Part shown: piece by piece, positions 55,462 to 64,000 of the stretch
Position numbering within the stretch: position 1 is the stretch's first letter
Layout: each line of letters opens with the position of its first letter
NCBI GenBank assembly: GCA_038231135.1
Contig: JBBRLX010000017.1
Location: 17,151-81,150 of the forward strand
Origin: Candidatus Eiseniibacteriota bacterium
GTDB lineage: Bacteria; Eisenbacteria; RBG-16-71-46
Direction of reading: 5' to 3'
Length of the DNA: 64,000 bases
Position numbers and translations under genes: made by a program
Notes under the pieces: model-generated
Databases searched by the model: none
What the model was told of the DNA's origin: nothing
What the model saw: the letters and a program-made list of their open reading frames with translations, nothing else

Positions 55462-56172
55462 ATGACGTTCCGCCGCCGACTCTGGCTGCTGGTCCCGATC
55501 GCCTGCGCGTCGGTGATGTCCTCCATCGCCCTCGCCGGAGCGCGAACGCCGGTCGCGATTCCGGCGGGCACGCTCGTGCATCACGGCGCACCGGTCGCGG
55601 ACGGCGCGTGCCAGTTGGGGATCATCGGCAGCGCCGGCCTGCTCAACGACCTGTTCCCGCCGGACGACGTGTACTACGTGCTGCTCCAGCCGTCGTTCTG
55701 CACCCCGTGCTCGCTGACGACGCTGGCGAACGTCCGCATCTCGCTCGACTTCCAGACGCCGTGCGCGCTGCCGGTATCGATCGGGCTGACGCAGTCGACC
55801 GGCGGCTCGTGCCCGCGCCCGGATCCGCTGCATCCGCTGTTTGCGCTGTTCGACACCACGCTGGCCTCGGCGGAAACCGGCGTCATCGAATTCGTACTGC
55901 CGGCTCCCGTGACGTGGAAGCTGCGGGGCGACACGTTCCTGTCGTTCAACTTCACCGGTGTGAACGACAGTTGCTCCACGGCCGACATCCAGCCGCGCCT
56001 GGCGCTCACCTCCGGCTGCAACAACTGCCAGGCGTACGAGAGTTTCGCCGGCAGCCTCGATGACGTGTGCGCCGGCACCGGGGGTCCGCTGATCAGCGCC
56101 GACGTGGGGGTGTGCGCGTACACCCCGACACGCTCGCGATCGTGGGGCGCGGTCAAGCGGCTCTACCGATGA
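55462..56172 (+). CDS. Secreted Cys-rich hypothetical protein with C-terminal SWGxxKxLYR tail
   Basis: GGAGG RBS; signal peptide; 10 Cys after the signal region; ends TPTRSRSWGAVKRLYR. Confidence 0.8.
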   Translation: MTFRRRLWLLVPIACASVMSSIALAGARTPVAIPAGTLVHHGAPVADGACQLGIIGSAGLLNDLFPPDDVYYVLLQPSFCTPCSLTTLANVRISLDFQTPCALPVSIGLTQSTGGSCPRPDPLHPLFALFDTTLASAETGVIEFVLPAPVTWKLRGDTFLSFNFTGVNDSCSTADIQPRLALTSGCNNCQAYESFAGSLDDVCAGTGGPLISADVGVCAYTPTRSRSWGAVKRLYR

Positions 56173-57536
56173 CCCGGCACGGGCCCGGCGCCGCCGGCGC
56201 CGCGGTGCTGTCGCTGTCGCTGGGGCTCGCGGCGATTGCCGCCTGCGCCAGCCCGCCGGTCCGCGACGCGCGGCCGGCCTATCTCGCGAACGGCGCCGAC
56301 ACCGTGACCGGCTGCCGGGTCACGCGCGTCTCGGGCAATCCGGGGGAGCCACTGCAGGGCGCGGTGCACGGCGTGTGGGGCACCGACTCGCGGCACCACT
56401 ACTCGAAGGACCAGCCGTGGAACGCCGACGGTTCGCTGCTCGCCATCGAGAATCGGGGCGGTGGCGAACCGACCGTGGTGCTGCTCGACGGCAACACCTA
56501 TCAGCCGCTCCACGGCCGCACCGCGTACAAGCTGGCGGAGTTCCGCTGGCACCCGCGCCGCGCGAACATCCAGATCGGTCTGCGCGCTCCGGATTCGCTC
56601 GTGTGGTACGACCCGATCGCCGAGCGGGTGGTGCGCGGCTGGAAGCTGCCGATCCGTCCGATCGGGATCGGCCTCGGGGAGGGCAACACCTCCGACGACG
56701 GCCGGTTCCTGGCGCTCGCGAATCGCGATTCGATCGTGATCGTGGACATGGACCCGCAGCCGCCGAACGTGGCGTACGCCGACGGCAACCGGCGGTTCGG
56801 CCCGGTGTACGCGGTGGGCGCCTGCAGCCTCGACGTCGCGGCTCCCGAGGCGTTCGACATGGGGAACGCCTCGGTGTCGTCCTCCGGGCATTATGTCGAT
56901 CTCAAGTTCGGCGGCCGCTCGGGGGACAGCACGGCCGATGCCCACCGCATCTACGAGGTCGACTCGACGACGCTCGCGCTAAAGCCGCACACCATGGCCG
57001 ACGCTTCGCTACGCTGCGGCTCGTTCCAGGCGCGGCCCAACGGCTGGATCTTCCCGACCAAGCACGCGGATCTGGCGCGCGATCCGTTCGACGGCGACGA
57101 GGACGTGATCATCGGCGGCCGCTCGTGTCCGGGCTCCGACCTCGGCCGCGTGGTCATGGTCCGCCTGCGTGACGGCAAGGTCACGGCGCTGACCGACCCG
57201 CACGGCGAGGCCAGCGTGTGGCACGTATCGACGCGCAACCTCCAGCGCCCCGGCTGGGCCTACGTCACCTACCTGACGATGCCCGGTAAGCGCTACAGCG
57301 GCCAGATCGTGGCGGTGAAGCTCGACGGCTCGCTCACCGTGGAACCGATTACGAGCCATCACAGCGTGTCGGCCAAGTGCTACCGCTGTGAGGCGCAGGC
57401 CGTGCCGTCGCCCGACGGCCGGCGCGTGATGTTCGCGAGCAACTGGGCCGAGGACTGCCCCGAGTGCGCGGGCGAGATCTCGGCGTTCGTCGCCGACACG
57501 CGCCGCGATTCGCTGGCCGACACCCATCCCAGGTAA
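56169..57536 (+). CDS. Putative lipoprotein, beta-propeller-like domain
   Basis: Lipobox IAAC; repeats WNADGS, SDDGRF, SSSGHY, SPDGRRV; ATG overlaps the upstream stop. Confidence 0.8.
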   Translation: MTRHGPGAAGAAVLSLSLGLAAIAACASPPVRDARPAYLANGADTVTGCRVTRVSGNPGEPLQGAVHGVWGTDSRHHYSKDQPWNADGSLLAIENRGGGEPTVVLLDGNTYQPLHGRTAYKLAEFRWHPRRANIQIGLRAPDSLVWYDPIAERVVRGWKLPIRPIGIGLGEGNTSDDGRFLALANRDSIVIVDMDPQPPNVAYADGNRRFGPVYAVGACSLDVAAPEAFDMGNASVSSSGHYVDLKFGGRSGDSTADAHRIYEVDSTTLALKPHTMADASLRCGSFQARPNGWIFPTKHADLARDPFDGDEDVIIGGRSCPGSDLGRVVMVRLRDGKVTALTDPHGEASVWHVSTRNLQRPGWAYVTYLTMPGKRYSGQIVAVKLDGSLTVEPITSHHSVSAKCYRCEAQAVPSPDGRRVMFASNWAEDCPECAGEISAFVADTRRDSLADTHPR

Positions 57537-57604
57537 CGCGAACGCCGCGTCGCGCTCCGCCAAGCGATTGTGACGGCCGCGGTCCTCGGCTACGCTGCCA
57601 GGTC

Positions 57605-58060
57605 ATGACCACCGACCTCGTGAACATCCGCGTCCGCCGCCTGCCGCACGGCGAGGACCTCGAGCTGCCGCAGTACATGACCGCCGGCGCCGCCGCCGCC
57701 GACATCCGGGCGGCCATCGCCGTGCCGGTCGTGATTGCGCCCCAGGCGATCGTGATGATCCCGACCGGCCTGTCGATCGAGATCCCGCCCGGCTACGAGG
57801 TGCAGATCCGCTCGCGCTCCGGGCTCGCCGTGAAGCACGGCGTCACCGTGATCAACGCCCCCGCGACCATCGATGCCGACTACCGCGGCGAGGTGATGGT
57901 CGCGCTCGTGAATCACGGCGCGGAGCCGTTCACGGTCGAGCGCGGCATGCGGGTCGCGCAGGTGCTGGTGGCCGCCGTCCTCCGTATCGGCTGGCAGGAG
58001 GCCGGCGAGTTGTCGGCGACCGACCGCGGCTCCGGCGGGTTCGGGCACAGCGGTGTCTGA
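57605..58060 (+). CDS. dut: dUTP diphosphatase
   Basis: GAAAAD, RSGLA, TIDADYRGE, RVAQ, RGSGGFGHSG. Confidence 0.97.
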   Translation: MTTDLVNIRVRRLPHGEDLELPQYMTAGAAAADIRAAIAVPVVIAPQAIVMIPTGLSIEIPPGYEVQIRSRSGLAVKHGVTVINAPATIDADYRGEVMVALVNHGAEPFTVERGMRVAQVLVAAVLRIGWQEAGELSATDRGSGGFGHSGV

Positions 58061-58100
58061 CGGGGTGCGGCCTTAAGTCCTGTGCGTCACCCGCATCCCG
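58061..58100. terminator. Stem-loop between convergent genes
   Basis: CGGGGTGCGG...CCGCATCCCG 10-bp stem; no U-tract. Confidence 0.4.
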
Positions 58101-58102
58101 CG

Positions 58103-61021
58103 TCATTGCAACACCACGATCCGGCCCTGCGAGCGTCCCGCGCTCGATTCGACGCGGCAGAAGTAGACGCCGGCGGGCAACGCGGCACCGGCCTGGTCGT
58201 GCCCGTCGAGTTCGAAGTGGCGTGATCCGGCGGGCGCGAACGGCTCGTCGGCGATCACCCGCACCGCGCGTCCCGCGGCGTCGAACAGCGCCACGCGCAG
58301 CGGGCCGGCCTTCGCCGTGCTGAAGTCGATCGCACCGTGCCCGCGCATCGGATTGGGAGTGGCCCGCGGCGCGATGTCGAGCTGGAGCCCATCCGGCGGC
58401 AGCTGCCGGGACGACAGCGCCAGGGCGGCCACCGCGGGCACCATGTAGATCGACACCGCATCCACGTAGAACGTCGTACCGAACAGCAGTGGCGTGTCGA
58501 TCACCTGCAGGTCGATTCGGCTCCCGGCGCGCTGCGCGGTGAAGTCGACCGACACCTGCTGCCACGGCAGTGCGAGCTCGACGGGGTTCGAATACACCGT
58601 GTTCCCGACCTGCGACGCGCCGGCCCATTCGCGCACCTGGAGTTGTACGACGCCGAGCAGCCCGAGAGCGCGGACCAACGCGGCGATGCGGTACTTCGTG
58701 CCCGCGGCGGGCACCTGCATGACCCAGTTCGGGCTGTCGTTCACTCCGAACACGCCGCCGAGCGGCGAAGTATGGACCGCGAGCATCCACGATCCGTCGC
58801 GACCCCCGCGCACGCGTGCGAGGGTCGCACCGCCATAACCCTTCCAGCCCGTGAGGTCTCTCTCGAACGACGGATTGCGTACCAGATTGGCGCTCGTGGT
58901 GTCGGCGGGTGGCGGCGGCGCCACCGAAACGTGCACGGCGCTCGTGGCGCTCGCGGTCGACCCCACGCCGTCCATCACGGTGACGGTGGCGGTCCAGTCA
59001 CCCGCGGCGTACCGGTGCGATATCGCGGGCGACGTCCCGATCTGGACCGAGCCGTCTCCGAAGTCGAAACGATAGGAGGCGATCGGCCCGACGGTGCCAC
59101 GCGAGCCGGACGCATCGGCCGTGACGGTGAGCGGCGCCGTTCCCGACGCCGGGGATATCGTCAGCGCGGCCACGGGCGATGGGTTGCCGGGCGCGCTCAC
59201 CACGAGCTTCCGCGTCGTGACGGTCGCGGCGCCGGAGTTGTCGGTGACGGTGAGCTTCAGCGTCCACGTGCCCGCCTGGTAGATGTGCGGACCAAACGGA
59301 GAGACCTGGGTGCCCGTCGTCCAGCCGTCTCCGAACTCGAATTTGTACGACGCGACCCGCCCATCCGTGTCGCTCGATCCTGACGCGTCGGCGACGACCG
59401 GCCACGGGGCCATGGCGGGCGCGCCCGCCGGCTCGATCGCGCGGGCGTCGACCACGTATGGCTTGATGACCGACTTGCTGCCGCACTTGGAGCAGCCGAG
59501 CGCCCAGTTGGACGCCCACAGCACGCGGCGGCCGTCGCGCGACGGCACCGAATGCGACTCGCAGCGATAGCAGCCGGTGTAGGCGCTGTGCTTGTGGGCG
59601 AACCGTTGCACCATCCGGCTGCCGTCGAGCTTCACGGCGATGATCTCGTCGTTGAACTTGTAGCCGGGATCCGAGTGATAGCCGACGTACACCCATCCCG
59701 GCCGATCGAAGTTGCGCGCGGAAATGTGGTGGGGATAGGCCTCGTTCGTGGGATCGGTGAGCGGCGTCACCTTGTCGTCACGTAGGCGCACCATCACGAC
59801 GCCGCTCATCGCGGCGCCATTCACCGTCCGCCCCTGATTGCCGCAGTGCTCCTGCCCGACGATCACGTCCTCCTGCTTGTCGAACGGATTCAACGTCATG
59901 TCGGCATGGCCGAGGTCATAGATGAAACCCTTCGCGGCCGTGCCGTGGCAGTGCAGCGAGGCGGCCGGCATCGCGTGCGGTTTCAATGCCAGCGTGCCCG
60001 GATCGACTTCGAATACGCGCGGTGTGTCGCCGAGGTAGTTCACCACGACATACTTTCCGGACGGCGACACCGATACCCAGTCGATGGCACAGCCACCGCT
60101 CAGTCCGCAGTCGTCGACCGCGATCGCGGAGCCGATGCGGGAGCCGGGATAGGGCGCGAACGGCGACTGCGGGTCCATGTCGACCACGAACACCCGGCGG
60201 CCATCCGTGAGCGCGGCGAAGCGGCCGTCGAGCGACGGATTGCCTTCGGATGGTCCGAAATCGTTGACCGCGAACGGCAGCTTCCACGAGCGCGTCTTGA
60301 TGCAGTTGACGACGTCGTACCACGCCAGCTCGGTGCCGCCGGCGCGGATCCGCTCGTGGGCGTGTTCCAGGCGCGGGTGCCAGCGGGAATCGCCACCGAC
60401 CATGTCGATGCAGTGGCTCGGTTGCGGCTGATAGGTGTTGCCGTCGAGCAGCACCATGCCGCCGCCGTTCTCGAGGGCGAGCAGCGTGCCATCGGCGTTC
60501 CACGGCTGGTCCTTGGAATAGTGCTGCCGGGTATCCGGTCCCCAGGTCCCCGGCACGCCGCCACCGATGGCGGTTCCCGGGTCACCGGCGATGCGCAGGA
60601 TGCGTGTGCCGAACGTGGGTTCGGTGACGGGACTCAGGTACCCGAGGATCGATGACTTGGGCTCGAGCAGGTTCTTCAGCCGATCGGTCAGCATCGGTGT
60701 GAAGCCGCTCGCCCGGCCCTGTACGTCGATCACGGCGATCGGCGGCTGGTTGGTGGTCGTCTGCGCCGGAGTGTCCGTGTCGGCGGTCGTGGTATCGAGA
60801 CCGGTGTTGGTGCTGTCGGGATATCGGATGGCCGCGAACGCGCATAGGATCGCGCAATCGGGCCCGCCGCCGGGGCGAACGTCCATCGAGAATGCCGTTG
60901 GTGTGGGCTGGTGCGCTGGAACAGTCGTGTTCGTCTGGGACGATCCGGCAATTGCCTGGGCCGCGGCGTAACACACCCCCAACAGGCATAGCAGGATCCT
61001 CCCGCAGGCGGATGCGGGCAT
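58103..61021 (-). CDS. Secreted modular protein: beta-propeller-like + 2 PKD + CBM4/9-like + FlgD/T9SS-like C-terminal domain
   Basis: Signal peptide; domain paralogous to 56169-57536; DASGS..FGDG PKD motifs twice; NLVRNPSFE..LTGW; PNP...FDAAGRAVR...LPAGVYF tail. Confidence 0.85.
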   Translation of the reverse strand: MPASACGRILLCLLGVCYAAAQAIAGSSQTNTTVPAHQPTPTAFSMDVRPGGGPDCAILCAFAAIRYPDSTNTGLDTTTADTDTPAQTTTNQPPIAVIDVQGRASGFTPMLTDRLKNLLEPKSSILGYLSPVTEPTFGTRILRIAGDPGTAIGGGVPGTWGPDTRQHYSKDQPWNADGTLLALENGGGMVLLDGNTYQPQPSHCIDMVGGDSRWHPRLEHAHERIRAGGTELAWYDVVNCIKTRSWKLPFAVNDFGPSEGNPSLDGRFAALTDGRRVFVVDMDPQSPFAPYPGSRIGSAIAVDDCGLSGGCAIDWVSVSPSGKYVVVNYLGDTPRVFEVDPGTLALKPHAMPAASLHCHGTAAKGFIYDLGHADMTLNPFDKQEDVIVGQEHCGNQGRTVNGAAMSGVVMVRLRDDKVTPLTDPTNEAYPHHISARNFDRPGWVYVGYHSDPGYKFNDEIIAVKLDGSRMVQRFAHKHSAYTGCYRCESHSVPSRDGRRVLWASNWALGCSKCGSKSVIKPYVVDARAIEPAGAPAMAPWPVVADASGSSDTDGRVASYKFEFGDGWTTGTQVSPFGPHIYQAGTWTLKLTVTDNSGAATVTTRKLVVSAPGNPSPVAALTISPASGTAPLTVTADASGSRGTVGPIASYRFDFGDGSVQIGTSPAISHRYAAGDWTATVTVMDGVGSTASATSAVHVSVAPPPPADTTSANLVRNPSFERDLTGWKGYGGATLARVRGGRDGSWMLAVHTSPLGGVFGVNDSPNWVMQVPAAGTKYRIAALVRALGLLGVVQLQVREWAGASQVGNTVYSNPVELALPWQQVSVDFTAQRAGSRIDLQVIDTPLLFGTTFYVDAVSIYMVPAVAALALSSRQLPPDGLQLDIAPRATPNPMRGHGAIDFSTAKAGPLRVALFDAAGRAVRVIADEPFAPAGSRHFELDGHDQAGAALPAGVYFCRVESSAGRSQGRIVVLQ

Positions 61022-61263
61022 GGATATTTCCCTCTCGATTCTGGCTCTTGGCGGCGAGGCGGCTGCCTGGGTTCCTGGGGGTGGAACAGAGGCGTGTTGA
61101 AAATCAGATCTGGGGGATCGATCTGGAAACGCCAGGGGTGGCGCGTGCGGATGTTCACGGGTCCCCGCACCCCAGTCAAGAACAAATCGTTTCAGCTCAG
61201 GGTTTTCTTCCGCAGTTACACCGTCGGTGGTCGATAATCCGTAATTCTACTAATGTGCCGCTC

Positions 61264-61845
61264 ATGGGAAAGACACGTCTCGAAGCGTTCAGCGACGGCA
61301 TGATCGCGATCTTCATCACGATCATGGTGCTCGAGTTCCACGCGCCGCACGGCGCGTCGTTCGGCGCGCTCAAGCCGGTGCTGCCACAATTCCTCACGTA
61401 CGTGCTCAGCTTCATCTACCTCGGCATCTACTGGAACAATCACCACCACATGTTCCACCTCGTCCATCGCGTCTCGGGCGGCGTGCTGTGGGCCAACCTG
61501 CACCTGCTGTTCTGGTTGTCGCTGGTGCCGTTCGTCACCGGCTGGATGGGGGAGAACCACTTCGCGACCGCCCCGCTCGCGGTCTATGGCGGCGTGCTGC
61601 TGATGGCGGCGATCGCGTTCTGGATCCTGACCCGCGTGATCCTCGCCGGCGAAGGACCGGACTCGCTGCTGGCCCAGGCGATCCGGCGCGATCTCAAGGG
61701 CAACCTGTCGGTCCTCCTGTATGTGTTCGGAATCGCGGCGGCGTTCTACGTGCCCTGGGTCGCGGGCGCGCTGTATATCGTGGTGGCGCTCATATGGCTC
61801 GTGCCGGACCGCAGGATCGAGCGGGTGATGAAGCGCGAGGGGTAG
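61264..61845 (+). CDS. TMEM175 (DUF1211) family potassium channel
   Basis: RLEAFSDG..AI.ITIMVLE, YW.NHH, SLVPF.T. Confidence 0.92.
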   Translation: MGKTRLEAFSDGMIAIFITIMVLEFHAPHGASFGALKPVLPQFLTYVLSFIYLGIYWNNHHHMFHLVHRVSGGVLWANLHLLFWLSLVPFVTGWMGENHFATAPLAVYGGVLLMAAIAFWILTRVILAGEGPDSLLAQAIRRDLKGNLSVLLYVFGIAAAFYVPWVAGALYIVVALIWLVPDRRIERVMKREG

Positions 61846-61933
61846 GGTTCGGGGACACGCCGTCCCACATGAATGTCGCGATGCCGCACGCGCCGTCGCA
61901 CCCAACCCGCTCATACTCGTCCGGAGGGGACCC

Positions 61934-62437
61934 ATGTTCTGGACCGTGGTCAACGAGCTCAGGAGTCCCGAGAACGCCGGGATGATCGTGCGGTCCCACG
62001 TCGCGTTTGGCGGCGAGGAGATCCTGGTCATTGGCAACGAACCCTGGCGGTTCAAGAAGCGGTTCCGGGCGTTCTCCAGGCGGCTCGAGCGGCTCTGCCG
62101 CATCACCTGTCTCGAGGACGACCGGCGGTTCTTCGATTGGTGCCGGGCAAACGACGTCGCGCCGGTCGCCATCGAAATCAGCGAAGCCCCGACCCTGTTG
62201 CCCGGGTTCGAATTCCCCGAGCGCTCCGCGATCGTGATCGGCAACGAACGCACGGGGCTCGATCCATCGTTTCAGAGCCGGTGTGCGGCGACGATCACCA
62301 TTCCGCAATTCGGTCCCGTGGGCAGTCTCAATGCGGCGGTGTCCGCCAGCATCGTGATGTACGAGCTCACGCGGAGGCGGCCCGCGCGGGCCATTCGGGG
62401 GTCGAAGTACATCGGTGAAGAGGTGGGGGTCGAATGA
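61934..62437 (+). CDS. TrmH/SpoU family RNA methyltransferase
   Basis: NAGMIVRS, GNERTGL, IPQFG..GSLNAAVSASIVMYE. Confidence 0.9.
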   Translation: MFWTVVNELRSPENAGMIVRSHVAFGGEEILVIGNEPWRFKKRFRAFSRRLERLCRITCLEDDRRFFDWCRANDVAPVAIEISEAPTLLPGFEFPERSAIVIGNERTGLDPSFQSRCAATITIPQFGPVGSLNAAVSASIVMYELTRRRPARAIRGSKYIGEEVGVE

Positions 62438-62539
62438 GCGTTCCAGGGCGGGAGGCATTCAAAGGATTCCGCGCCAAGCGCGCGGCTTGATACTCGTTCG
62501 CTCCGCTGACGCGGCACGCCGGGCCTCCCACACCTCGCC

Positions 62540-62977
62540 TCACCCGGCCTCCGTCCACGATGGTGCCGCCGGAATCACCGCGATGTGCGAGCCGAACTGG
62601 ATCCAGCCCCCGGGGTCGCGACGGTAGAGATCCACGGACCGCAGCGGCGCCGTGTGCGCAGCTCCGCCATCGTCGAGATAGTGGTACCGGGCTACGTAGA
62701 ACACGATCGCCAGGTCACCGAGGATCTGCACCTCCGAGTCGAGGAGGTCGAAGCCGGTGCCGCGCAGTTTCGCCAGGGACGCCTCGGCGTTGATCATATA
62801 GGCGCCGATGCCACGCTCGATGCCGGTGCTGGGTCCCTGAAACCCGGTCCAATCGGTGGTGTGCGTGTTACGGATGGCGTCGCGATCACACGCGATGTAG
62901 GCGCGGAAGATCCGGTCGATGTGCCCGAGGATCTCCGCGCGGTCGGCGGCAGGCTGCCGGGCTGAGTCGGTGCTCAT
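62540..62977 (-). CDS. NTF2-like (DUF4440/SnoaL) protein
   Basis: EVQILGDLAIVFY...VDLYRR..GGW...SH; AAGGAGG RBS. Confidence 0.8.
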   Translation of the reverse strand: MSTDSARQPAADRAEILGHIDRIFRAYIACDRDAIRNTHTTDWTGFQGPSTGIERGIGAYMINAEASLAKLRGTGFDLLDSEVQILGDLAIVFYVARYHYLDDGGAAHTAPLRSVDLYRRDPGGWIQFGSHIAVIPAAPSWTEAG

Positions 62978-63051
62978 GCGTTCCCTCCTTCGCAGCGGTG
63001 CCCATCACCGGAACGGCACGGGCTTCGCACTGACCTGGGGAACGCTACGCG

Positions 63052-63948
63052 TCAGGGCCTCAATCGGGCTTCCGGAATCTTGCGCGCAGCCGCGCCGCCG
63101 AGCGCCCGGCGCCAGTGCGACGGCGCCGCGCCGAACTCGCGCCGGAACGCGTCCGTGAAGTGGCTGTGCGACGCGAACCCCAGGTCGAGCGCCAGGCTCG
63201 TGAGGTCTTCGGCGCCCGCCGCCAGCCGCTCGAGGGCCGCGCGCAGCCGCAGGCAAAGCAGGTGGCGGTGGATCGGGGCACCGGTCGCGCGCGCGAACAC
63301 CCGCGCCAGATGGAACGGCGACACGTTCACCGCGCGCGCCAGTCCCGCGAGCGTGTGACGCGCGCTGAGGTCGCGCGCGAGCAGCCCGCGCACCGCATGC
63401 GCCGCGTCGCGGTGAGCGACGGCGGTGGCGGGACGTGCCGCACCCACCCGGTGCCGCGGGGATCCGCAACCGAGCCCGCCGGCGAGGTCCGCGAGCAGGG
63501 CGAGCGCGCACTCGTCGGATTCGAGTTCGGATGCCGGCAACCGCGCGGTCCGTGCCCGCATCCACTGGAGCCGGGCCAGGGCGCGCGCGCCGACCGGCGC
63601 GTCGGTGCGGGCGAACGACGCCCCCGCGGCCGGCGGCGTTTCGATACTCAGCGCGCTGGCCAGCACCTCGGGCGCAAAGCTCAACGCGGTGCAGTCGTCG
63701 CCGCCTTCGATCGGGTGGGTCACGCGATAGGGCTCCCACCGATTGAAGAACTGCACCGTGCCGGCATCCGCGAACACGTCATTGCCACCCACCGTCCGGA
63801 CGAACGCTCCGCGGCGCAGGAACACGATGTCGTCGGTCACGGAATGCTCGGTCCGCGGACCGTGACCACGACCGGCCTGACAGCGGACATCGATCAACGT
63901 GACGACGGGGGATGAATAACGCACCCGGGCGTTCAGATGAGCGGACAT
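63052..63948 (-). CDS. AraC family transcriptional regulator
   Basis: SPFHLARVF, LALDLGFASHSHFTDAFRREFG. Confidence 0.93.
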   Translation of the reverse strand: MSAHLNARVRYSSPVVTLIDVRCQAGRGHGPRTEHSVTDDIVFLRRGAFVRTVGGNDVFADAGTVQFFNRWEPYRVTHPIEGGDDCTALSFAPEVLASALSIETPPAAGASFARTDAPVGARALARLQWMRARTARLPASELESDECALALLADLAGGLGCGSPRHRVGAARPATAVAHRDAAHAVRGLLARDLSARHTLAGLARAVNVSPFHLARVFARATGAPIHRHLLCLRLRAALERLAAGAEDLTSLALDLGFASHSHFTDAFRREFGAAPSHWRRALGGAAARKIPEARLRP

Positions 63949-64000
63949 GGTATGAGTGTGACCCGGGGCCCCACCGCATTCAACCACGCCCGACGAACCG

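Overview
A high-GC bacterial chromosome segment that is mostly core genome. It carries tRNA-Ala/ffs/dnaX/ybaB/recR/mglBA/pgpA; cinA/recA/recX/alaS; a sugar-nucleotide/prenyltransferase trio; ispE/spoVG/tRNA-Gln/prs/rplY/pth/rpsF/ssb/rpsR/rplI; a livKHMGF-type ABC transporter; selA/smc/ftsY; radC; and dut. Accessory envelope and secreted-protein genes are interspersed. A FlgD/T9SS-like C-terminal domain, a C-terminal 'SWGxxKxLYR' tail and a Fibrobacter-like box at recA suggest an FCB-group organism, possibly Ca. Eisenbacteria-like; this is inference only. I saw no CRISPR array, integrase, transposase or prophage. The most notable observations are: (1) an orphan 5' half of tRNA-Arg(CCU) whose anticodon loop supplies the stop codon of a hybrid kinase; (2) three sigma54-type promoters, preceding a small membrane protein, a degenerate CTG-start prepilin-peptidase homologue and radC; (3) an MglA with a natural G21S change and a long tail; (4) a tandem active/dead amidase; (5) a secreted cluster with paralogous beta-propeller domains, one apparently inserted inside a PKD domain, and two distinct C-terminal sorting signals; (6) internal sigma70 promoters in ispE and selA; and (7) a deleted P450 pseudogene. 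All family assignments come from motif recognition by eye, with no database searches.
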